DNA of 64,000 nt. Origin: Bacilli bacterium (lineage in GTDB: Bacteria > Bacillota_I > Bacilli_A > RFN20 > CAG-826). Position 1 is the stretch's first letter; each line of letters begins with the position of its first letter. The translations under genes and the position numbers were made by a program. The stretch spans positions 13,748 through 77,747 of the forward strand of contig JAGCDH010000015.1 of the NCBI GenBank assembly GCA_017651165.1. Direction: 5' to 3'. Below, in pieces: positions 20,932 to 30,728 of the stretch. The notes beneath the pieces are model-generated. The model did not search any database and was not told where the DNA came from. It saw only the letters and a program-made list of their open reading frames with translations.

Positions 20932-21474
20932 TTACAAATACTTTTTAAAAGCGTTGTTCCAATCTTCTTGTTTGTAGAAGCGGAAACCATAGACATATTC
21001 TATTTTATTTTTAAGATGATTCTTCTCTGCGATTTTTAATAAAGCATTATATGCATTCTTACTATTGGCGAGCATCACGATATTTTCATCAATGCCTTTG
21101 AATGCTTCATAATCTAATTTGATATCTTCTAAATCATCATCTAGAGATGAGTTCTTAGGATTAGAACAGGATTCTACAACATCAAGGAACGCTATTTTCT
21201 TTTCTTTGAGCTCTTCAATAATTGCGGGCACGTCCCCTATCTTTTTATTTTTAACAAAGCTAGTATCTTTAAAAAAGGCATCAATGATGCGATACATCGG
21301 ATTATATGGGCTCATATAGTAAAAGTCTTTGTTGGCACCCCTTCCTTGAGGGGAAGTAATTGTGCCCACGATAATGACTTTTGTGTCTTCTCTAACAAGA
21401 TGATAATCACTATTGAAACTTTTGAATGGGCCACCTTGGCCATCTTCAACAATTGCTTTTGAAAACTTGCTCAT
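20932..21474 (-). CDS. uracil-DNA glycosylase superfamily protein (family 6 / DNA-deoxyinosine glycosylase-like)
   Basis: VIIVGTITSPQGRG...FYYMSPYNPMYRII and LDVVESCSNPKNSSLDDDL resemble the two conserved blocks of hypoxanthine-DNA glycosylase family proteins. Recognised by eye only. Confidence 0.45.
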   Translation of the reverse strand: MSKFSKAIVEDGQGGPFKSFNSDYHLVREDTKVIIVGTITSPQGRGANKDFYYMSPYNPMYRIIDAFFKDTSFVKNKKIGDVPAIIEELKEKKIAFLDVVESCSNPKNSSLDDDLEDIKLDYEAFKGIDENIVMLANSKNAYNALLKIAEKNHLKNKIEYVYGFRFYKQEDWNNAFKKYL

Positions 21475-21482
21475 TGAAGTTA

Positions 21483-22022
21483 TTAATTATCTTTAATGAT
21501 GATGTGCTTCCCACCATTTTCAAATTTATCAAATGGTTGGCTAGCAGATCTAATCCACATCGTTTTTATCTCAAAACCAGCTTGTTTCAATTTGTCTTCC
21601 AGATTTTTGCAATGTGAAAAATCAGTTTTGAAAGCGCTTAGTCCTTGCGAATTAAAGAGTTTAATCAACCCTTTAACATCTTTGATGTTGCTACAGGAGA
21701 AAACTATCTCTTCTTCAAATCTTTTGACGGACATCAAAAAGATAATATCTTTGCCTTCGATAAAAGCGATTCTTTTTAGTGTTTTGATGTTTTCTTCCAA
21801 GATCGAAGTGTTTTCGACATCTGTGTCAAAAACAAAGACAATCCGAGTGTCTCTTTTAATAGTTCTTGCTTTTGTTTCACTTATTTTGGAAGTAACGGGG
21901 TTGAGTTTTTCAATCTTGCCAGGATGAATGATATACTCGCTGCTTTTTGCGTGCATAAAAGAACTTAAAAAGTTCTTCTCACATTCTCCTTCGACGTAGT
22001 ATTGATAAACCCTTCTATCCAT
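21483..22022 (-). CDS. RloB-like / TOPRIM-type protein (AbiLii-like)
   Basis: YYVEGECEKNF (CEGExxExxY-type TOPRIM Glu) and VFVFDTDVE (DxD). The start lies 2 nt after the ATPase stop. Confidence 0.55.
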   Translation of the reverse strand: MDRRVYQYYVEGECEKNFLSSFMHAKSSEYIIHPGKIEKLNPVTSKISETKARTIKRDTRIVFVFDTDVENTSILEENIKTLKRIAFIEGKDIIFLMSVKRFEEEIVFSCSNIKDVKGLIKLFNSQGLSAFKTDFSHCKNLEDKLKQAGFEIKTMWIRSASQPFDKFENGGKHIIIKDN

Positions 22023-22024
22023 TA

Positions 22025-23131
22025 TTAGCTCTCCGCGATATTTAAAATATCGTTAACATCAGGACTAGCATTAAAGAAGTCGTTGTCATAAAGGTTCTTA
22101 ATGTTAACGTTATTACGTTTTTCAATAGAGGCGTTTGTCCAAAGAATTCTTGTGCCTTCTTCGTCTTTAAACTTGCTAATGAAATTAAATGTATGATTTG
22201 GTAATGGGAGCGCTAAAAGCTCTTCGTTATGAGTGGTAAAGAATAATTGTTCACCATCATCCAATAAAGAAATCATCTTCATCAAGCAGGCAATTTCTAT
22301 ATCCGAATTAACATAAGAGAATTGCTCATCTACAAAGTAAAAGCCATTTTTATGTTTCTTAATAGAATGGATAACACCAGCGATATTAACAGCGTATTTA
22401 GTGCCAGAAGATAATCTCTTAATAGAACTGAGTTTAGAACCATTAGTGACCGCTACTGCATCATCGTCTTCAAAAACAACAATGAATGAGTCTGGAATTT
22501 CTGAAGAAGGATAAACATTTTTGATTGTTGGATCCATAGTCTGCAAAACCTTTTTATATACTTCACAGAATTCTTCTTTTTCAGAATCGTCATATTTACA
22601 TTCAATTTTATCAAAGCCATTTTCAATAGATGGGAAGGCGAAATTCCAACCACCAAACACGAACTTATCTAAAGCGGTAAGATAGTTTTCAAATGGTTTA
22701 CTATCATCTAACTTATTAACAAGTGACTCATATGTATCATCATGTTGTGCTTGTAGTTGTCTTAATCTCACTAATAATTCATCCGTTTCTAAGTCTTTTT
22801 TAATCTCAACACGGAAAAAGACACCATTATTAAACATGCAGTCCATTAAGACAAAAAAGTTTCTGCTATCATCTTTAACAAGACTAGTAATATTATTAGA
22901 TTCTTTTTCTTTTAAAAACAAAAATACATGCCAAATAGCTCTACCTAAGGATGTTTTTCCAGAAGCATTAGAACCCACAACAATATTGACTTTGCGGTAT
23001 CTAACGCTTGGATAATTAGCAAAGTACTCTCCATTTAGGTTGCTACTTACCAATTTTTTAGGGTAAGAAAAATCAGTAGAGAAGTTATCAAAACAAAGGA
23101 AATTATCAAACTCCACTTTTAAGACTGCCAT
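22025..23131 (-). CDS. AAA_21/ABC-like ATPase (AbiLi / RloA-like)
   Basis: Walker A VGSNASGKTS, Walker B FYFVDEQ, H-loop FFTTHNEELL. Strong GAGGAG RBS. Confidence 0.65.
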   Translation of the reverse strand: MAVLKVEFDNFLCFDNFSTDFSYPKKLVSSNLNGEYFANYPSVRYRKVNIVVGSNASGKTSLGRAIWHVFLFLKEKESNNITSLVKDDSRNFFVLMDCMFNNGVFFRVEIKKDLETDELLVRLRQLQAQHDDTYESLVNKLDDSKPFENYLTALDKFVFGGWNFAFPSIENGFDKIECKYDDSEKEEFCEVYKKVLQTMDPTIKNVYPSSEIPDSFIVVFEDDDAVAVTNGSKLSSIKRLSSGTKYAVNIAGVIHSIKKHKNGFYFVDEQFSYVNSDIEIACLMKMISLLDDGEQLFFTTHNEELLALPLPNHTFNFISKFKDEEGTRILWTNASIEKRNNVNIKNLYDNDFFNASPDVNDILNIAES

Positions 23132-23265
23132 AATGTTCTCCTCATTAGTTCAAAGTTTTTGAACAAATACATTATAATAGAGCAATCACCATGGTGTCAA
23201 CGAACCATTAAAAAAGTTAAGTATGTAAAAACATTCAACTATAAAATAGTCTGATTTGATGACCG

Positions 23266-24471
23266 CTAATTCCAAAAATAAGAAGGAACACCATCTAAAA
23301 GAGGCAACTCACAAGAAACAATTCTTCCCTGGGTCGTTAAAGAATCAAGCAATCTTTCTGGATTGGTTTGATAACCTTTGAAAATAGCATATGCTGAAAA
23401 AAGTTCTTGGATTGCTTTTCTATGTGCCTGTTTTATTTGGTAAGACTGATCTTGTTTATAGATAGTGAACGCAAACACTATTGTCATATTAGAAGTAAAA
23501 TCAGTCATCTCTAATTTATCTAATAGCGGAAAGAAGTAGCTGTAGTCGCTTTTGTTTAAAGAATGACCATACACTACTACATTATTAAAACTTGGTTCAA
23601 TAGAGGCATTATGGACAATCATATCCATTTCCATCCTTCTGTTTGTCTTGGAGAATATAAATCTAACATCATCACTCTTGAAAACAGTAGAATCTATGCC
23701 AAATATAGGCATATCTAGTGTTCCATTAATACGTCTTAGAATCGCATCATACTTTTCGTTGTTGAAAGTTCCAAAGTTAAAGCTATCAATTGAAACCAAA
23801 GATGAATCCTCTCCTAAAGAAGAAATGGTTTCTGCGGCCTTCATATCATAATCAGCATTATGATGGTTGATAAAATGGTCGAAATAATCGTGCTGACGTT
23901 TTAAATATTTGCCAAAGTTAATCTCAAATTTGCGTAATTCATTAAGTAAAAACTCATAAAAAGAGTTTTCGTCTTCAAATAACAAACCACCGTGTTTTTT
24001 AAAAACAAATGCAGAAAGCGCTATAAAGTTAAAAGTCTTATTCTCGAACTTTTTCTCACCATTAATAATGCTGTAAACATCTTTCCAACAGATGGGTTGT
24101 TTTTTAACATTGATTCCATCTATAGAAGGTATAACAAGAGAAAAAAGTATTTCTTCTTCTATATCGCACCATCTGGCTTTCTCTTTTAATTGAGAATCAT
24201 CTGTAATAATTTCAAAAAATAAATCCCAGACATTTACTTCGTCAAATTTGTCAAAAGGTTCCCAACAATCAAGCAAGGTTGGTCCAAAAAAGCGTTTAGC
24301 AACAAGATTGCCTGAATACTTTTGAATCCATGATTTTATATAATTGTACTTTGCTTCATAATACTCGAAATAGTTGCCGTAAGAAGACATTAATCCGCAA
24401 TGAAGATCAAAGCCATTGCCTATTACTATTTTTACTTTTTTATTATTTTCGATAAACTCTGTTTTTTCCAT
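23266..24471 (-). CDS. AbiH-like abortive infection protein
   Basis: N-terminal VKIVIGNGFDLHCGLMSSY matches the AbiH family hallmark (GNGFDL...Y); 401 aa. Confidence 0.65.
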   Translation of the reverse strand: MEKTEFIENNKKVKIVIGNGFDLHCGLMSSYGNYFEYYEAKYNYIKSWIQKYSGNLVAKRFFGPTLLDCWEPFDKFDEVNVWDLFFEIITDDSQLKEKARWCDIEEEILFSLVIPSIDGINVKKQPICWKDVYSIINGEKKFENKTFNFIALSAFVFKKHGGLLFEDENSFYEFLLNELRKFEINFGKYLKRQHDYFDHFINHHNADYDMKAAETISSLGEDSSLVSIDSFNFGTFNNEKYDAILRRINGTLDMPIFGIDSTVFKSDDVRFIFSKTNRRMEMDMIVHNASIEPSFNNVVVYGHSLNKSDYSYFFPLLDKLEMTDFTSNMTIVFAFTIYKQDQSYQIKQAHRKAIQELFSAYAIFKGYQTNPERLLDSLTTQGRIVSCELPLLDGVPSYFWN

Positions 24472-24478
24472 AATTATA

Positions 24479-25264
24479 TTATGACACTATTAAACCATAA
24501 ATATACATATGCTTCATAAAAAATGGCACCCGTGTGTAAATGGGTGCCAATATCTTATATAGAGGCGAACTATTGCGTTTTTTGTTTAAAGTGAAATGAT
24601 AATAATCAAATAGGAGTGAATCGCTACTAATGGCTACACCACCAGAAGTGAATGGATCTGAACTATCTACGAGTTCTTTTCTAGGGAAAGCATAGTAGAT
24701 ATCATCTTCAACATAATAACCACATATATACTTTTCATTTGTGGGTGCTTGTACCACTACATAGTTATTATCTGTCTTAGATGTATTAACTCTTTCATCT
24801 AGAGATGAATATTGTCTTACATTAACCGTGCCATCTAGATAATAACTAGTTAATCCTAATAGATAAGGCACTAGTTCTTTATTATCTTCTTCATACCTGG
24901 CATTAGGTACTGAATAGTAATAGAAGTTAGTACCACTTCCAGAAGCAGAGATATATAACTCAAAGGTATTATCGTTTGTTTTATTATCTACCCAGTTCAC
25001 TGCATAGATCTTATTAACACTATCATCAATACCTAGATCTTCTAATCCCGCTTTGACTATTAGTTTAAAGACATTGTCTAAATCACTAGTGATATATCTT
25101 TCTGTATACGAAGTAGAAGAACCACTACTAGTTCTAGAAGAACATTTCTTTAAACCAAATAACACAAACAACAAGAGGATGATAATAAAAAGAAGTGTAC
25201 AAATAACACTAATAAAGGCTACCTTAAAAGTATATTTCTTCTTCCCCTTACCTTCTTCACTCAT
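24479..25264 (-). CDS. membrane-anchored protein of unknown function (paralog B of 32856..33581)
   Basis: Charged N-terminus, a single TM (ISVICTLLFIIILLLFVLFGLKKC), Tyr-rich ectodomain. Collinear similarity to the 241-aa ORF (DNVFKLIVK / DEVFKGIVK; LVPYLLGL / FVPYLLSL). Confidence 0.55.
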   Translation of the reverse strand: MSEEGKGKKKYTFKVAFISVICTLLFIIILLLFVLFGLKKCSSRTSSGSSTSYTERYITSDLDNVFKLIVKAGLEDLGIDDSVNKIYAVNWVDNKTNDNTFELYISASGSGTNFYYYSVPNARYEEDNKELVPYLLGLTSYYLDGTVNVRQYSSLDERVNTSKTDNNYVVVQAPTNEKYICGYYVEDDIYYAFPRKELVDSSDPFTSGGVAISSDSLLFDYYHFTLNKKRNSSPLYKILAPIYTRVPFFMKHMYIYGLIVS

Positions 25265-25346
25265 AGTGTAATTCTAATAAATTAGACCCCACAAATAAAG
25301 CCCTAATATCGGCGAGCATCGCACACATAGTAGCAATGCGAGCCAT
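25257..25346 (-). repeat. hairpin/mini-ORF element, full copy A (38-nt core 25309-25346; mini-ORF MARIATMCAMLADIRALFVGSNLLELHYE)
   Basis: Minus strand ATGGCTCGCATTGC-TACTATGTGT-GCGATGCTCGCCGA. The arms pair as GGC/GCC plus GCAUUGC/GCGAUGC. The mini-ORF stop TGA overlaps the paralog B start (ATGAGTGA). Confidence 0.5.
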
Positions 25347-25433
25347 GTGCCATTTCATCTGCTTTATTATAAAGCACAACAAGCAATTTGTCATTTTCGT
25401 TCATAAATGCAAAGTGTCTTTTAAGCATTAGTT

Positions 25434-26009
25434 TTATTGTATTCCTTCTAAAAAGTCTCTAACAGCTAAATCAAAAACACTTTTTAGCTCTTCACCATAC
25501 AATTCCGGTAAATATAACAGCGAATCATATTTCCCGCTATATTTATGATGCATAACAGCATATGAAAAAGCATACGCATCTAATTCGCAATCTTGTTTAA
25601 AATATTTGATGTTTTCATTTCCGTCCTTATCTAAAGACTTGATATAGTTCTCCCCTTCTACAATCCATCTTTTTATATATTCTTCACCAATTTCCGATTT
25701 GCCATCTTTATACAAAACTATCTGAATGTGCTGATAGATGTGCCTTATTTCATGAAGTATAAAATATTCAATTTCATATACTTTATTGCATTTAAAAGCG
25801 GCATCGACAAAAGCTAAATTAATAGACAAAACATTGGTTATTCTGTTGACTGTTGCAGTAATTGAAACATTATCATCCCAAGCAAAACACCACTTGATTG
25901 GTTCATCGATGTCTGTATAAATTTGGTTAGATTCAATAAGTAACTTGATTAGTGGACTATATACTTCTATCAAACGCTTAAAATGATCTTTATTCGTGCT
26001 GATACTCAT
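25434..26009 (-). CDS. HExxH zinc metallopeptidase-like protein (ImmA/IrrE-like)
   Basis: FILHEIRHIYQH plus downstream ELDAYAFSYAV (E..A..FA third-ligand block of COG2856-type peptidases). ATG at 26009 lies 4 nt after the NACHT gene stop; the track start at 26168 overlaps that gene. Confidence 0.5.
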   Translation of the reverse strand: MSISTNKDHFKRLIEVYSPLIKLLIESNQIYTDIDEPIKWCFAWDDNVSITATVNRITNVLSINLAFVDAAFKCNKVYEIEYFILHEIRHIYQHIQIVLYKDGKSEIGEEYIKRWIVEGENYIKSLDKDGNENIKYFKQDCELDAYAFSYAVMHHKYSGKYDSLLYLPELYGEELKSVFDLAVRDFLEGIQ

Positions 26010-26013
26010 AAAA

Positions 26014-29000
26014 TTAAAGCAATTGAAAGTATATTGAAACAATTGATGCTTTAGAAAAATGAATGCTAGACAAATTATCAAGCAATTCTTGGTATTTTTG
26101 CTTAAGAGCGTTGTTAGATTTAATCGTCTCTCGATATTCAAAGTACAATTCACAAACAAAAGTTTCAAGAATAGTTTTTGATTCTCTTAGTTTGTTAAGC
26201 TCATCGTCATTAATTAAACTTTTAACAAAACTATTAATAACTTCTAAAACTTCCGGCATCAAAGAATCGGATGGGTATGTTAAAATCTTACGGAGAATGG
26301 CATTTAAGCAAATAGGATTATTAAGTTTGTATAAAGCAATCAATTTATGCTTTTGGAAAACATTCAAAGATAGATTGCTTCTTTTCTTAGAAGAACCATA
26401 ATTATTTTTTATAAATGCCATTCCTAATTTAATTTCATTATTAATATCAAGTTCTTTAATGCTTTCGAATGAAGCCAATTCAAAATCTATTACCTTAAAT
26501 AAGTATTCTTTGGCATCATCAGAAGCAAATAATAATGATTCCAATTCACACAGAGCGCGATTAATTGTTTCAAACACCGCTCTGCAATATTTGTGTGTGC
26601 TAATATACGAAAAAAGGAATTCAATAGTTTTTGTGGCAGAAGGATAATCTGCGAATAACGGTTTGCTTATATGCACCGCAAGATTGCTTTTAGAAAAGCT
26701 GAGTGGTCTTCTTTGATCCTCAATCATCATTTTATCAAATAAGGCTCCCACCATTTTAAGCCCTTCACCAAGCCTGCAGTTTTGGACTGTCAAAAACAAC
26801 TCACAAGCCTTTTCTAAATAATACGGATCACACTTTTTAAAATCCAATGAATCAATATGAAACTTTTTATTATTAAATAAACAAGCTTCTATAATTATTT
26901 GTTTTTTCTCTTCCTCTTTACTTTTTAAAGACTCAAACTGTTCTTGAGAAAACAACTTATTTGGATTGTTACCAAAAATCTCATAATGAACAGTCGAACA
27001 ACCTATCAAAGCATTGAGGCAACTGTTTCTAAGTTCTTCATCTACTGCTAGAAATCCTACTATGTAAGGAGCTTGTTGCGCTGTGTCTATATCGTTAATT
27101 GAACTAGTCAGCACCTTGAAAGCATATCTCTTAATCCAATCTCTTTGTTGCTCGGAAATATCGAACTTGATTTGCCCTACCAAAGCCAAAATAAGGGAAT
27201 TATCAAAAACAAATACCCTATCAGCGTCAATGCCGTTCATCCATATTTCGCAATGCTTATTTCTTTCATCATAAGTGATCGTTTTATCAATAATGATGAC
27301 AGATATAGAATATACAAGCCACCTTGAGAAAACGGTCATTTCGTTTGTAGGCAACGACAAGATATAGTCAACAAGAGCTTTTGCTCGTTCAATGTCTCTG
27401 CGGTGCAAGATTTCAGCCACTTCATTTTCGATATATTTACTTCTGTCAATATAGTTTTCTTTCTTTTGAATTTGTTCTTTTCTTTCGGCCAACATTTGCT
27501 TTGGACTTTTGATACTGCCGTCGTATCCTTCGTAGTAAGTTGTAATTCGCTTGTCTTTTTTATATTTGGAATAAATGATAGAAAACTTTTCTTTATAAAC
27601 ATTTTGATCATAGTTATCAACAAAGAAAAGATTGTATAAGGATGAGCCCAAATCTAATTTGCGTCTCAAGTCATACTTTTTCTTATAAGGAACTCCCAGG
27701 GAAGCAAAAATATGGTTCTCAAAAAATTGCTTGTTTGAATCTACCTCGTTTTCTTCGTGAAAAAGTATTATATCGTTAATTACTATTTCATACGAATTAG
27801 CTAATGCAAAAATGCCATCAGGATAATAACAAAACAAATAATAATCGATAAAAGATAATAGCGAAAGAGAAGCAACAGTAGCCGAATTCTTAACACATAT
27901 TTCATATATTCGTTTAACAACCGCCTTACATAGTTCTTTGTTCGAAGCGCTATTTTTTAAAAGTTTTTCTGTTTCAAGTTTTGCAACATAAAACATATCC
28001 GAGATGAAAGTTGAACTAGACAATTCTGACTCGCCCAAAGAAAACAAATCACTATGAAAAACAAATGATTTGTTTATTCCGTTAGCTAAAGTAACTTCTA
28101 TCTTACTGGCGTTTTCTTTTGTAAGAAGATTGCCCCCAGCAAAATCCGCAAGTTTAAACAGATAACACAAAGCAAGAGAAAAATTGGATCTTATTAAAGT
28201 GATGAAAAAATTAGAAACAAGAGGATAATAACGATAATCAAGTTCGTCAGATAAACTATGAGCTCCTTCAGAAAAACCAAAGCGATCTTTAAATCTGGTA
28301 TCAAAACCATCATAATGCGGAAAAATAGTCGCTCCGGTTTTTTTATTTGGATTAAGCGTGAAAAACTTATATGAAATATCTGTCATAAAAGAAGCAAAAT
28401 CTTCCGAATAAACTATTTGTTCGTTGAGAGAATCTTCGATATGGTATTTTAATAGACTTATCAAAATCCTCTTTCCGTCTTCGTAAAAATTATAGAGGTA
28501 TTTTTCAAGGATGCCGTTCATGAGAGGGATAAACCATTTAACAGAATGTTGCTGAATATAAAAAGGGACAGTCATTAAAACATCTATCAAATCAAAATCA
28601 ATCCATTCCTCATTGATTAACAGATTAAATACTTCTTCTGTGATATCACTGATATGTTTGGAAGCTACTGAGATATATGTCTTTTGCTGAATTAAGCCAT
28701 TTAAAAGACCAATAACATCTGCCAAATTAATCTTTCCGTGGCGAATCAAATCTAAAGGAAGATTTTCTAATAGTGCCAATCTACCAGCACCTATCGGTTT
28801 AAAAACAAAGTCCGAATTGCGCTTTGCTGCTTCGAACGCATATTCGTTACATATTTCGATAAAAGTTGAATAATCAATGTCGTTATACTTTGCGAGGAAA
28901 CTAATAAATGCTTGGCAATTATCCGAAATCAATATGCCAGCAACTGTGCTCTTGAAATATCTCTCGCGATGACACCCAATGAGTATTTCAGCGACAGCAT

Positions 29001-30585
29001 CATAATTCATTTCGTAGATTAAATCGCCAATCCAAATCTGATATCTCCTAAAGCCGCTTTCGCCATATTTGATGATGCCATCTAAAAACGAGTCAACGCT
29101 TTCTTTGTTTTTAAAGTCATCGGATAAATATTGGCAAAAACATATATCTTCAAAAAGATCGTATTTCATCCTTATTCCATACTTTTCATTTTTTAAAACG
29201 ACGCCGTTGTTAATAAGGATGCTTAAAACCTTTTCATCAACAAGAGATTCGTCAATTCCTAGTTTTCTTTCTTTAGACCTCTCAATAACAATGTCTTTGA
29301 CTGTTTTTATCAATAGGTGTCTATTATCTATTTTCTTCTCTGAAAGACAAATACATTTGTCATAAATCACCCTTTTAAGTTCGGCAACGCTGGTAATATT
29401 ACTATCAATAGAATTCTTAACAATAATATCAACGTATAAAGGTGTCGTAACAACCTCGGAAAAGCTTTTTCCAAGTTTCTTCAAAACAGGAAACTCTTTG
29501 AGCAAGATATTCTTTTCTTCTGTTGAAAGGTTGTCTATGGCAACAGAACATAGGTCTTTTTCGTATTTTAAAAAGAGGTTTTGAAAATGAAGATAATCAC
29601 GTGTCCTACAGGTGACAAAGATTTTTAAATTATCGTACTCTCTGGTTAATAGTAGTAATTCGTCGATAGTTTTATCTTTGCCGAGATAATCTGACACAAA
29701 TTCCAGAGAATCAATACAAAATGTCACTATTTTATTTTTTGTATAATTCAACAATTTTCTTAAATCTATTGACCAAAGATCGTTAATGTTTTTTGCATTA
29801 ATCACTTCTTCTGCTCTGGCAAACAAAAGAATCTCACTATCTTTTATTACTTCCTTGCAAATGGCAGACTTACCAGAACCGGCATCACCTTTGATAACAA
29901 TTATCTTTGATTTACTGCCGCGAATTGTTTTAATTGTTGCTGATCTATCCAAATGAAACCCGTTATTGCCGATTGTTGTGAATATGTCATCCAAAAAGCA
30001 TCCTTTTGATTTTTTTACGGCATTAATTAATTTCGCGCTTATATCACCGACACTAACCGCTTCTTCATAAAGATATTCATATACTCTATTCCTAAACGTT
30101 TTATCATATCTTGATTTTTTTATGACGTCACTCAAAAACACAATATCGCTTTCAGGATTAAATTCGATTCCGTCTATATTTTCTTTAGAAAGCGATTTGA
30201 TATCAGCCATATTAAGAAGAAAGAAAGTAATCCTTTTTATGTCTTTGACATCTTTGTCTTCCTTTTTCCTCAATTCTTTAAATGATTTCAAAGTACTCGT
30301 TATTTTAGCCTTTGAATATTTGGTAACACTCACTTGTATAAACACGTCACCATCTCTGGACTTTAAATCAACGCATTTCCATCCGGGTTTGATAGCATTT
30401 AAATTGCAAAAATCTTGATTGTAATATGCCTCACATATTTCTTTTGCAAAATCCTCAAAAAGAATAGCTTCATCAATTAAACCCGCCGATATGCTTGCAT
30501 TAACTACATTTGTATAGTTTTCAATTCTGTCCTTGATGAAATCTATTTGTTTTTTGATAGGTGTTTTATCCATAATTGCTTTCAT
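26014..30585 (-). CDS. NACHT/STAND-class NTPase, 1523 aa, with N-terminal effector-like domain and long helical C-terminal region
   Basis: Walker A IKGDAGSGKSA, Walker B IVTFCIDSLEF (hhhhDxhDE-like), sensor-1-like IFVTCRTRDY. N-terminal CVDLKSRDGDVFIQVSVTK is a possible Mrr/PD-(D/E)xK-like core. About 1100 aa of helical repeats follow. Confidence 0.6.
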   Translation of the reverse strand: MKAIMDKTPIKKQIDFIKDRIENYTNVVNASISAGLIDEAILFEDFAKEICEAYYNQDFCNLNAIKPGWKCVDLKSRDGDVFIQVSVTKYSKAKITSTLKSFKELRKKEDKDVKDIKRITFFLLNMADIKSLSKENIDGIEFNPESDIVFLSDVIKKSRYDKTFRNRVYEYLYEEAVSVGDISAKLINAVKKSKGCFLDDIFTTIGNNGFHLDRSATIKTIRGSKSKIIVIKGDAGSGKSAICKEVIKDSEILLFARAEEVINAKNINDLWSIDLRKLLNYTKNKIVTFCIDSLEFVSDYLGKDKTIDELLLLTREYDNLKIFVTCRTRDYLHFQNLFLKYEKDLCSVAIDNLSTEEKNILLKEFPVLKKLGKSFSEVVTTPLYVDIIVKNSIDSNITSVAELKRVIYDKCICLSEKKIDNRHLLIKTVKDIVIERSKERKLGIDESLVDEKVLSILINNGVVLKNEKYGIRMKYDLFEDICFCQYLSDDFKNKESVDSFLDGIIKYGESGFRRYQIWIGDLIYEMNYDAVAEILIGCHRERYFKSTVAGILISDNCQAFISFLAKYNDIDYSTFIEICNEYAFEAAKRNSDFVFKPIGAGRLALLENLPLDLIRHGKINLADVIGLLNGLIQQKTYISVASKHISDITEEVFNLLINEEWIDFDLIDVLMTVPFYIQQHSVKWFIPLMNGILEKYLYNFYEDGKRILISLLKYHIEDSLNEQIVYSEDFASFMTDISYKFFTLNPNKKTGATIFPHYDGFDTRFKDRFGFSEGAHSLSDELDYRYYPLVSNFFITLIRSNFSLALCYLFKLADFAGGNLLTKENASKIEVTLANGINKSFVFHSDLFSLGESELSSSTFISDMFYVAKLETEKLLKNSASNKELCKAVVKRIYEICVKNSATVASLSLLSFIDYYLFCYYPDGIFALANSYEIVINDIILFHEENEVDSNKQFFENHIFASLGVPYKKKYDLRRKLDLGSSLYNLFFVDNYDQNVYKEKFSIIYSKYKKDKRITTYYEGYDGSIKSPKQMLAERKEQIQKKENYIDRSKYIENEVAEILHRRDIERAKALVDYILSLPTNEMTVFSRWLVYSISVIIIDKTITYDERNKHCEIWMNGIDADRVFVFDNSLILALVGQIKFDISEQQRDWIKRYAFKVLTSSINDIDTAQQAPYIVGFLAVDEELRNSCLNALIGCSTVHYEIFGNNPNKLFSQEQFESLKSKEEEKKQIIIEACLFNNKKFHIDSLDFKKCDPYYLEKACELFLTVQNCRLGEGLKMVGALFDKMMIEDQRRPLSFSKSNLAVHISKPLFADYPSATKTIEFLFSYISTHKYCRAVFETINRALCELESLLFASDDAKEYLFKVIDFELASFESIKELDINNEIKLGMAFIKNNYGSSKKRSNLSLNVFQKHKLIALYKLNNPICLNAILRKILTYPSDSLMPEVLEVINSFVKSLINDDELNKLRESKTILETFVCELYFEYRETIKSNNALKQKYQELLDNLSSIHFSKASIVSIYFQLL

Positions 30586-30639
30586 ACTTATATTATGCGA
30601 TATCTAAAGGAACGATGGAATTAGTTTGAAAATCTAGGC

Positions 30640-30670
30640 AAAAAAAGATGATGCCAATAAAAGCATCATC
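30640..30670 (-). terminator. rho-independent terminator between rfbB and the NACHT gene
   Basis: Minus strand GATGATGC-TTTTATTG-GCATCATC followed by TTTTTTTG. Confidence 0.7.
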
Positions 30671-30702
30671 GGTATTGTTTCATCTTCTGTTAAATTCTAG
30701 AC

Positions 30703-30719
30703 AGTAATGCGAGCCATGT
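30703..30719 (-). repeat. hairpin/mini-ORF element, truncated copy B (left arm only)
   Basis: Minus strand ACATGGCTCGCATTACT. It shares the first ~16 nt with copies A and C and then diverges (MARITV-stop). Confidence 0.45.
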
Positions 30720-30728
30720 ACTATTTTG

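Noticed and set aside
25351-25430. 33-codon frame MNENDKLLVVLYNKADEMAHGSHCYYVCDARRY, running through repeat copy A in a second reading frame, as a real small protein.
   Set aside because: The equivalent frame in copy C has no start codon and follows directly from an in-frame stop, so conservation is explained by the nucleotide repeat itself. There is no RBS.
26010-26168. N-terminal 53-codon extension of the HExxH peptidase ORF (track start 26168).
   Set aside because: It overlaps the 3' end of the NACHT gene by about 155 nt. The internal ATG at 26009 lies 4 nt after that gene's stop and precedes the recognisable domain.
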